This document shows, piece by piece, positions 56,815-64,000 of a stretch of 64,000 nt of DNA. Below the pieces are notes generated by a model. The model did not search any database. It saw only the letters and a program-made list of their open reading frames with translations, and had not been told where the DNA came from. This stretch comes from Ginsengibacter sp. (GTDB taxonomy: Bacteria; Bacteroidota; Bacteroidia; Chitinophagales; Chitinophagaceae): the NCBI GenBank assembly GCA_051960475.1, contig JBQCEG010000083.1:51472-115471 (forward strand). The letters run 5' to 3'. The translations under genes and the position numbers were made by a program. The first letter of the stretch is position 1. Each line of letters opens with the position of its first letter.

Positions 56815-57660
56815 TTATAAAGAAACATCTGAAAAGGTGTTTCCCTGTTTAAGATCGCCGGTTTCGTAGCCTTTTTTAAACCAATACATTCTTTGCGCAG
56901 AAGTGCCATGGGTAAATGAATCCGGCGTTACTGTTCCCTGGTATTCTTGCTGCAACTGATCATCACCAATGGCGTTTGCCGCATCCAAAGCATCTTGTAT
57001 ATCCTGGGCATTAATCACATTTTTCATTTGCTGGTCATAGTGTGCCCAAACACCTGCATAAAAATCCGCCTGCAACTCGAGCCTTACCGAATATTTATTG
57101 TATTGGGTTTCGCTGAGTTGTTGCTGCAATTGTTCCATTTTTTGTGTTACGCCAAGAAGATCCTGAACATGATGGCCCACTTCGTGTGCGACAACATAAG
57201 CCATTGCAAAATCACCGGTAGCACCAAACTGATCTTTAAGTTGCCGGGCAAAAGAAAGATCGATATAAAGTTTTTGATCAGCGGGGCAATAGAAAGGACC
57301 AGTTTGTGCACTTGCATATCCGCAACCTGAAGTGGTAGTTCCATTAAAAAGAACAAGTGTCGGATCTGTATAAGTTCGACCCATATCGCCAAATAGTTTT
57401 GTCCAAACATCTTCCGTGTCGGCCAAAACCACTTTTACGAATTGGGCTTCTTTGTCTTCTGCAGCTTGTTGTTCCTGCGTCATTTGCTGTTGTTGCGGAG
57501 GAACGAGTTGCTGAAGATCATTCAGATCGCCTCCACCGAGCAGAAATTTTGCAAGAATAAAAATGACGCCAATTACGCCGCCACCAATTGCCATTCCTCC
57601 ACCAGTAATTCCACGACGATCCTCAACATTCGAACTTTCTCTTCTTCCCTGCCATTGCAT
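56815..57660 (-). CDS. ypfJ: YpfJ-family neutral zinc metallopeptidase
   Basis: MQWQGRRESSNVEDRRG start, TM/Gly-rich segment, VVAHEVGHHVQ (HExxH). Confidence 0.88.
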   Translation of the reverse strand: MQWQGRRESSNVEDRRGITGGGMAIGGGVIGVIFILAKFLLGGGDLNDLQQLVPPQQQQMTQEQQAAEDKEAQFVKVVLADTEDVWTKLFGDMGRTYTDPTLVLFNGTTTSGCGYASAQTGPFYCPADQKLYIDLSFARQLKDQFGATGDFAMAYVVAHEVGHHVQDLLGVTQKMEQLQQQLSETQYNKYSVRLELQADFYAGVWAHYDQQMKNVINAQDIQDALDAANAIGDDQLQQEYQGTVTPDSFTHGTSAQRMYWFKKGYETGDLKQGNTFSDVSL

Positions 57661-57693
57661 AAATTCGTTTTTTGTTATTAAAAATAATAAACT

Positions 57694-58455
57694 TTAGCTG
57701 ACAGATTTCTTCTTAAAACCCTCAATTGCACTTTTTGTAAAATCGCTCAATATCAACCTGCCACTCAAGGCTGCTCTTTCCTTTAATAATAAATCCCAAT
57801 CCTCAGTTCCTTTCCAAAATACTTTTTTCATTTCAGCCATTGCTTCAGGGCTCATGTGGGCAAGAGAGCTGGCTAACCTGTAAACAGCTTCGTCCATATT
57901 TTGGATTGATTGATGTACCTCAGCATAAAGGCCTTTGTGTTTTGCCCAATCTGCATTTCTCCAAAGTGTAGCGTCAATGGCAAGTTGGCTAAATGCTGAT
58001 GTTCCGATCTTTCTTTCAATTGCGGGGCCAACAACAAAAGGTCCAATGCCAAGAGCAAGCTCGCTTAATTTTACTTCCGAATCTTTATATGCAATTGCAT
58101 AATCGACTGCTGCTGCAAGCCCTACTCCTCCACCCACACATTTTCCATGAACGCGCCCGATGATTAGTTTCGTGCATTTGCGCATCGCGTTGATCACATT
58201 GGCAAAGCCCGAAAAAAATTCTAAGCCTTCTTTTTCATTTTTCACCTCCAGTAATTCATTAAAACTGGCACCTCCACAAAAAGCGCCGCTTCCTGCACTC
58301 TTTAAAATGACCACTTTTGTATCATGCGTGCCCGCATAATGAATTTCCTGGGCCAAAGCGTTGAGCAATTTTGCAGGAAGGGAATTTCCCTGCGGATGAA
58401 AAAATTCTATTGTCGTAATTCCATGCTCGGTGTGCGAGTTAACGTAGGGTTCCAT
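57694..58455 (-). CDS. enoyl-CoA hydratase/isomerase (crotonase) family protein
   Basis: 253 aa. GSGAFCGGASF and GKCVGGGVGLAAAVDY oxyanion-hole regions. The 5' end overlaps the paaZ 3' end by 17 nt. Confidence 0.85.
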   Translation of the reverse strand: MEPYVNSHTEHGITTIEFFHPQGNSLPAKLLNALAQEIHYAGTHDTKVVILKSAGSGAFCGGASFNELLEVKNEKEGLEFFSGFANVINAMRKCTKLIIGRVHGKCVGGGVGLAAAVDYAIAYKDSEVKLSELALGIGPFVVGPAIERKIGTSAFSQLAIDATLWRNADWAKHKGLYAEVHQSIQNMDEAVYRLASSLAHMSPEAMAEMKKVFWKGTEDWDLLLKERAALSGRLILSDFTKSAIEGFKKKSVS

Positions 58456-60538
58456 TTATAATAATATTTTTATTTCTTTTTCGTACCATCGTAAGTATTG
58501 TAGCTACGCCGGCGATTTCATTTGTGTCGTCGAAAATTTCTACATACCATTTTACAATACCTTTTGGTATATCAATACCTTTCACATTCTTAGTTTCAGG
58601 CGTAATCTCTCTTAATTCCTGTTCAATTTTTTCCTTGCACGTCAATTTCACGTAAATTGATGTTCCTGGGTAAACAGGTTTTGTAAACCTTAATTCTTCA
58701 ATTCCATAATTCAACAATACAGGGTTCTTTTCATAACTATCAACAAACAAGCCAGCTGCTGCGCTCATTATAAAATATCCATGAGCCACCTGTTCATCGA
58801 ACATCGTATTTTCAAAATCTGTGGTTGCAAGGTGCGCATAAAAATGATCACCGCTCAGGTCTGCAAATTTATCAATGTCTTCAGATGTTATAAATCTTTT
58901 CTCTGTTATCAGCTGATTACCAATTTTTAGTTCTTCAAAATATTTTTTAAAGGGATGGATCTTGTCACGCATGCCTTTCGATCCCGGTTGATAAACATTT
59001 GTAACAGCAGTAATCATCGTTGGTGAACTTTGCAAGGCGACGCGCTGCATGTAATGCCTTATACCTCGCAAACCGCCCATTTCTTCTCCTCCACCCGCTC
59101 TTCCCGGGCCACCATGAGTCAACATCGGCAACGGCGAACCGTGACCTGTACTTTCTTTTGCGCAATCTGCATTCAATATTAATATTCTTCCATGATAAGT
59201 GCCGGCGCCCAAAACAAAATCTTTGGCAAATTGTTCATTTACTGTAACCACCGAACTAACCAGGCTTCCCTTTCCCATTTTTGCAAGGGCAATTGCTTCG
59301 CCTGCATTTTTATAAGGCATTATGGTACTTACCGGACCAAAAACTTCCACATTGTGGACTTCTTCTGCATTAAAAGGAGATTCATTTTTTAATAATAAAG
59401 GGCTTATAAAAGCGCCTCTCTTTTCATCGGCATCCAAAACCTCGACACTATCAAGGCTTCCATAAATGATCTGTGAAGACGCCAATAATTTTTGAATTTG
59501 TTGCTGTACTTCCCGTTTTTGCGATTGCCCCGCAAGTGCGCCCATTCTCACTTTTTCATTTTCAGGATTTCCAATAACTGTTTGAGATAACGAACGGCTC
59601 AAATCTTTCCAAACATCTTCTATCTTATTTTCAGGGACAAAAATTCTACGAATAGCAGTGCATTTTTGCCCAGCTTTTGAAGTCATTTCTTTTCTTATCT
59701 CTTTGATAAAAATTTCCCATTCCGGCATTCCAGGTTGAACATCATTGCCCAATACAATACAATTCAGCGAATCTGCTTCCAAATTGAAAGGGACATTTTC
59801 GCGCAGCACATTTGGATTTGATTTTAACATCAATCCTGTTGAAGCGGAACCGGTAAAAGTTATTACATCCTGGGATGTAACATGATTAAGAATATCACCG
59901 GCACTGCCACAGATCAACTGTAATGCGCCTTTCGGCAAAATCCCGGAATCAATTATTTCGTGAACGACTGCTTCTGTAAGGTATGAAGTAATGGTTGCTG
60001 GTTTTACAACTGCAGCCACTCCGGCCAATAAATTCACTGCAATCTTTTCCAACATTCCCCAAACGGGGAAATTAAATGCATTGATGTGAATGGCCACACC
60101 TTCTTTCGGAATTAAAATATGCTGCGCGGTAAAAGTGCCGCCTTTGCTCAATCCAATATTTTCACCATCAAGCGCAAAAGTTTCATTTGGAAGCTTTCTT
60201 CTCAATGATGCATTTGAGAAAAGATTTCCAATGCCCCCTTCAATATCCACCCAACTGTCGGCTCGTGTTGCACCTGTTTTATAACTTACAGGATAAAATT
60301 TTTCTTTCTTTTCAAAAAGATGAAGCGCCAAAGCCTTCAACATTCTTCCTCTTTCATGAAAAGTCATTTTTCTCAAGGCATTGGTTCCGGTTTTTCTTCC
60401 ATATTCCAAAATTTCTGAAAAGTCAAGGCCTTTGGTTGTTGCTGTTGCAACTAAATCGCCATTGACTGCATTGTACAATTGCTGTCCTTCTCCCTCACCG
60501 AAAATCCAGTTGCCGAGGACATAATTTCCAAGTTTCAT
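58439..60538 (-). CDS. paaZ: bifunctional aldehyde dehydrogenase / MaoC-type hydratase, PaaZ-like
   Basis: 699 aa. An N-terminal ALDH domain (FTGSASTG, GQKCTAIRR catalytic Cys) is fused to a C-terminal hot-dog MaoC domain (SGDHFYAH). This is the PaaZ architecture. Confidence 0.8.
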   Translation of the reverse strand: MKLGNYVLGNWIFGEGEGQQLYNAVNGDLVATATTKGLDFSEILEYGRKTGTNALRKMTFHERGRMLKALALHLFEKKEKFYPVSYKTGATRADSWVDIEGGIGNLFSNASLRRKLPNETFALDGENIGLSKGGTFTAQHILIPKEGVAIHINAFNFPVWGMLEKIAVNLLAGVAAVVKPATITSYLTEAVVHEIIDSGILPKGALQLICGSAGDILNHVTSQDVITFTGSASTGLMLKSNPNVLRENVPFNLEADSLNCIVLGNDVQPGMPEWEIFIKEIRKEMTSKAGQKCTAIRRIFVPENKIEDVWKDLSRSLSQTVIGNPENEKVRMGALAGQSQKREVQQQIQKLLASSQIIYGSLDSVEVLDADEKRGAFISPLLLKNESPFNAEEVHNVEVFGPVSTIMPYKNAGEAIALAKMGKGSLVSSVVTVNEQFAKDFVLGAGTYHGRILILNADCAKESTGHGSPLPMLTHGGPGRAGGGEEMGGLRGIRHYMQRVALQSSPTMITAVTNVYQPGSKGMRDKIHPFKKYFEELKIGNQLITEKRFITSEDIDKFADLSGDHFYAHLATTDFENTMFDEQVAHGYFIMSAAAGLFVDSYEKNPVLLNYGIEELRFTKPVYPGTSIYVKLTCKEKIEQELREITPETKNVKGIDIPKGIVKWYVEIFDDTNEIAGVATILTMVRKRNKNIIINGTLR

Positions 60539-60615
60539 CTAACCCAATTTTTTTTAAAGTTATTTCAATGTAAAATAAGAATTGCGCAGAAAAGTTTGTT
60601 TACTATACTTTGACA

Positions 60616-61800
60616 TTATTTAATTCTGCCTACGCGCAATGAAATGATCAAAGGTTTATTTTCCCTCATTACCAAAATATTAATCCGGTAACCTGTCTTC
60701 TGAAGCAGGTTCTTGTAAGTTTCAAGATTTCCGCTGAAATTATTGTCAACACCCATGATCACGTCTCCGTTTTTCAAACCTGCTTTGTCTGCCGGTGAGC
60801 CTTTCACGATATCATCCACAAAAATACTTCCATCCAAGCTGTACATGGTTAAGCCGGTATAAGAATAATCAAATGGATCGCGAAAATGGCTGTTGGGAAG
60901 AAGATAAATTTCCTTTTGTGGATAATTAATGATCAGGTTGAAGTGACGTAGAATATCATTGCCTATCAATCCGGCTCTTTGTGGATAAGCCAGCACGTTA
61001 TACTCATCATCAAACAAATAGGTTGGCACTTTCCTGAATTTATAAGTGCCGACCTGTAACTCTTTTATTACGGTCAGCCGCATTCTTTTTTTGCCGCCCA
61101 TCCCCTGCACTTCTATTTCGACAGGCTTTCTTTTTTTCATCAAAACAGAACTGTCCTCGTTATAATGAGTGCTGAGCAGCAAACACAATCCCGCACCCGT
61201 GTCAAAGAAATAATTGGCGTTCAATTTCCTTGAATCCCTGATCGTTAGTGGAACGATTGGTAATCCCTGGAAAGCAGGTCGCAACAAAAACCCGTGAGGA
61301 GGATAATTAATAAATCCAGGGGTAAAAACGCTTATTCTTAAACTGTCAAAATCTACTTTTACCAGGTAGCGGGATAAAAAACTATGGCCGATTATTCCAT
61401 CGATTTTAATTCCATAAACACTTGTGAGCACTTCATAATTGTTAATATAAAAATCCAGGCTATCGACTGCCAGACCGGGAAAATTAAGTGTTTGGTGAGG
61501 CGCATAATCTACTTTGCGAACGCCTGCAATTCCATAAATATACCTTCCTGATGGTTCGTGTGCAATATGATAATTGGCTGTCGTTGTAGAATCCAAAGAA
61601 ATTCCACCACTTCCGGTATCAAGAATAAAATTAAATGTATCCTTTATATCCCCAAATCTTGCCTTTACCAACATCACACCTCCGTTCAGCTGTTTGAACG
61701 GAAAAGAAGTAATAAACCTGGCCGGTTTTTCCCAATACATTTCCTGTCCGAAAACAGAATAGCTGCATAGGGTAAACATTAAATAAAGGAAGGTTCTCAT
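60616..61800 (-). CDS. secreted single-chain double retropepsin-like aspartyl protease with C-terminal PDZ domain
   Basis: Signal peptide. Two aspartyl-protease motifs, FILDTGSGG and FFDTGAGLCLL. PDZ segment VKGSPADKAGLKNGDVIMGVDN. Confidence 0.75.
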   Translation of the reverse strand: MRTFLYLMFTLCSYSVFGQEMYWEKPARFITSFPFKQLNGGVMLVKARFGDIKDTFNFILDTGSGGISLDSTTTANYHIAHEPSGRYIYGIAGVRKVDYAPHQTLNFPGLAVDSLDFYINNYEVLTSVYGIKIDGIIGHSFLSRYLVKVDFDSLRISVFTPGFINYPPHGFLLRPAFQGLPIVPLTIRDSRKLNANYFFDTGAGLCLLLSTHYNEDSSVLMKKRKPVEIEVQGMGGKKRMRLTVIKELQVGTYKFRKVPTYLFDDEYNVLAYPQRAGLIGNDILRHFNLIINYPQKEIYLLPNSHFRDPFDYSYTGLTMYSLDGSIFVDDIVKGSPADKAGLKNGDVIMGVDNNFSGNLETYKNLLQKTGYRINILVMRENKPLIISLRVGRIK

Positions 61801-61834
61801 ATCCGTTAAAAGCTAAATTTAAGATTAATGCTTG

Positions 61835-61842
61835 TATTTTTG
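61835..61842 (+). promoter_or_regulatory. -7 promoter box TATTTTTG
   Basis: TAnnTTTG match 40 nt upstream of ATG 61883. Confidence 0.4.
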
Positions 61843-61882
61843 CTTAATTAATTAGAGGTGCGCTCAGCGCAAAATCGAATAC

Positions 61883-63004
61883 ATGAAAACATCCGAATTA
61901 TTTCAAAAAGCATTGCGGTTTGAGTTTCTGACTGTAGAAGAAGGCAGTTATTTATTCAGGAATGCTGCTTTAGGCGAACTTATGGCGGTGGCTGACGAAT
62001 TGAGAAAGATCCAGGTGCCACATGGGAAAGTTACGTGGATCATCGACAGGAATGTAAACACTACAAATGTTTGTATAGCCAATTGCAAGTTTTGTAATTT
62101 TTACCGTATTCCAGGTCATAAAGAAGCCTACGTAACCGACATCGAAACCTATAAAAGAAAAATAGAAGAAACTTTTAAATATGGCGGCGAACAATTATTA
62201 CTCCAGGGCGGCCACCATCCGGATTTGGAACTGAATTATTACGTTACACTCTTTAAAGAATTAAAGAAATTATTTCCCAAATTAAAGTTGCACGCACTTG
62301 GTCCGCCTGAAGTGGCGCACATTACAAAAATTTCAAATTCTACTCACCACGAAGTTTTGAAAGCTTTGAAAGAAGCGGGCCTTGATTCAATGCCTGGTCC
62401 CGGAGCAGAGATACTAACTGATAGGGTTAGACGCTTAATCAGTAAAGGAAAATGTGGCGCACAGGAATGGCTTGATATTATGGTAGAAGCGCACAAGCTC
62501 GGACTTACGACCTCAGCTACAATGATGTTTGGCCATGTAGAAACGATCGAAGAACGCTTTGAACATTTAGCCAAAATAAGAGAAGTTCAGGCCAGGAAAC
62601 CTGAAGGCGCTGTCGGCTTTTTGAATTTTATTCCATGGACTTTCCAGGATGTCGATACGCTGCTTGCAAAGATCCGTGGAGTTCATAATCTCACAACTCC
62701 TGAAGAATACATCCGCATGATTGCAATGAGCCGTATTATGTTGCCAAATGTAAAAAACATCCAGGCCAGTTGGTTGACCGTTGGTAAGCAAGTGGCGCAA
62801 CTTTGTCTGCATGCCGGTGCTAATGATTTTGGAAGCATCATGATCGAAGAAAATGTGGTAAGCGCTGCGGGAGCGCCTCACCGTTTTACTGCGAATGGAA
62901 TCCAGGAAGCGATTCGTGAAGCAGGTTTTGAACCGCAACTTCGCAACCAACAATATGAATTCAGGCAAATGCCGGAGCTGGAAGAACAGGTGATAAATTA
63001 TTGA
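61883..63004 (+). CDS. mqnC: radical SAM menaquinone (futalosine pathway) enzyme, MqnC-like cyclic dehypoxanthinyl futalosine synthase
   Basis: VTWIIDRNVNTTNVCIANCKFCNFY (CxxxCxxC) and CofH/MqnC/MqnE-family length. The MqnC versus MqnE call is from memory of the N-terminal pattern. Confidence 0.65.
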   Translation: MKTSELFQKALRFEFLTVEEGSYLFRNAALGELMAVADELRKIQVPHGKVTWIIDRNVNTTNVCIANCKFCNFYRIPGHKEAYVTDIETYKRKIEETFKYGGEQLLLQGGHHPDLELNYYVTLFKELKKLFPKLKLHALGPPEVAHITKISNSTHHEVLKALKEAGLDSMPGPGAEILTDRVRRLISKGKCGAQEWLDIMVEAHKLGLTTSATMMFGHVETIEERFEHLAKIREVQARKPEGAVGFLNFIPWTFQDVDTLLAKIRGVHNLTTPEEYIRMIAMSRIMLPNVKNIQASWLTVGKQVAQLCLHAGANDFGSIMIEENVVSAAGAPHRFTANGIQEAIREAGFEPQLRNQQYEFRQMPELEEQVINY

Positions 63005-63076
63005 TTATTGAATTATTAATTATTTCTTGTTTTCAGCTTGCCCAGCGATCAAAGTTTTTATTGATATTTTTGATCG

Positions 63077-63544
63077 ATGTCATTCCAAGTTTTTACACCC
63101 GAACAGACAGTTCCTAAAATAAAACAATACTGTGCTTACCAGGAAAGATGTCATGCAGAAGTGCGTGATAAATTGTTTTCATTTGGTTTGCACAAAAATG
63201 ACGTTGAGGAGATCATTTCACAATTGATCACTGAAAATTATTTGAACGAAGAACGTTTTGCAATTCATTTTGCCGGCGGAAAATTCAGGATGAAACAATG
63301 GGGGAAAATCAAGATCACCCAAGCACTGAAATTTAAGCAGGTAAGCGATTATTGCATCAGGAAAGCTTTGAAAGAAATTGATGCTGATGAATATGAAAAC
63401 ACATTTCAAAAACTAGTCGAGCAAAAACTGAAAAGCCTGAAAAGTGAAAAAAATATTTTTATTAAAAAGCGAAAAATACAGGATTTTTTATTGCAAAAGG
63501 GTTTTGAAAGTGATAAAATCCGGAAGGCAATAAATGGCCTTTGA
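63077..63544 (+). CDS. recX: recombination regulator RecX
   Basis: 155 aa. KIKQYCAYQERCHAEVRDKL and LNEERFA three-helix repeat pattern typical of RecX. Confidence 0.8.
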   Translation: MSFQVFTPEQTVPKIKQYCAYQERCHAEVRDKLFSFGLHKNDVEEIISQLITENYLNEERFAIHFAGGKFRMKQWGKIKITQALKFKQVSDYCIRKALKEIDADEYENTFQKLVEQKLKSLKSEKNIFIKKRKIQDFLLQKGFESDKIRKAINGL

Positions 63545-63591
63545 ACCCCTATTTTTTTGAAAACTTTACCTTTGCTATTTATTTAGAAACC

Positions 63592-64000
63592 ATGTCTTCA
63601 CTTACTGTAACTCTCATCCAATCCAATCTTTCCTGGGAAGATAAAGAATCAAATCTTTCAATGTTTCAACAAAAGATTGAAAGCATTAAAGAGAAAACAG
63701 AAATTGTAATTCTTCCTGAAATGTTCAACACGGGTTTTAGCATGAAACCCGAAAAGTTTGCCGAAAAAATGGATGGCAAAACCGTTTCATGGATGAAAGA
63801 AATTTCACGGGAAAGGAAAATAATTCTTACCGGAAGCCTGATGGTTGAAGAGGAAGGAAAATATTACAACCGGCTGCTTTGGGTTTTACCGAATGGCGAA
63901 ATAGGAGTTTATGATAAACGTCATTTGTTTGCTTATGCACATGAAAATGATCATTACACAGCAGGAAATAAAAAGCTGGTTGCATCCGTAAAAGGATGGA
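63592..64000 (+). CDS. carbon-nitrogen hydrolase family amidohydrolase (YafV/omega-amidase-like), 3' end cut by the window edge
   Basis: Absent from the track because it runs off the window. ATG 63592 reads MSSLTVTLIQSNLSWEDKESNL...IVILPEMFNTGF (catalytic Glu motif) and continues ...YDKRHLF. Confidence 0.75.
   Translation, partial: MSSLTVTLIQSNLSWEDKESNLSMFQQKIESIKEKTEIVILPEMFNTGFSMKPEKFAEKMDGKTVSWMKEISRERKIILTGSLMVEEEGKYYNRLLWVLPNGEIGVYDKRHLFAYAHENDHYTAGNKKLVASVKGW

Noticed and set aside
1-64000. Window-wide look for CRISPR arrays, rRNA, transposases, integrases, phage or defence islands, toxin-antitoxin pairs and compositional islands.
   Set aside because: I saw no regularly spaced repeats, no recognisable mobile-element or defence proteins and no obvious GC shift. 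The window reads as a core chromosomal region.

Overview
AT-rich 64-kb chromosomal segment that looks like Bacteroidota, probably Chitinophagia/Sphingobacteriia-like. Supporting signs: many TAnnTTTG -7 promoter boxes and no Shine-Dalgarno sequences, a CHU_C/T9SS-like C-terminal sorting domain, Kdo genes (kdsB, kdsD), a futalosine-pathway gene and DUF families typical of the phylum. I support about 60 protein genes, two of them cut by the window edges, plus one tRNA-Phe(GAA). I saw no rRNA, CRISPR array, transposase, integrase or phage genes. The content is overwhelmingly housekeeping: dnaN, recA, recX, recQ, holB, rnhB, rnc, ybeY, mnmG, tsaC, asd, nadA, nadD, gpsA, corA and ctaA. These are mixed with envelope and secreted proteins: a GT2 glycosyltransferase, a GH25 lysozyme, a lytic transglycosylase, a lamin-tail-domain protein and a retropepsin-PDZ protease. 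I do not see a convincing new multi-gene system and rate this an ordinary core region. The best leads are: (1) a dense cluster of consensus DnaA boxes in the 546-bp nadA/ppiD spacer, a candidate oriC or DnaA-controlled region; (2) an exact 14-nt near-palindrome repeated twice between ybeY and mnmG; (3) a MarR gene with a perfect 8-N6-8 operator, translationally coupled to an acyl-CoA dehydrogenase; (4) a radical SAM/SPASM gene followed 6 nt later by a 16-codon Cys-containing mini-ORF; (5) a probable frameshifted gene remnant at 55.1-55.4 kb. All function calls rest on motifs I recognise by eye and memory, and no database search was possible. Coordinates of small motifs were counted by hand and could be off by 1.
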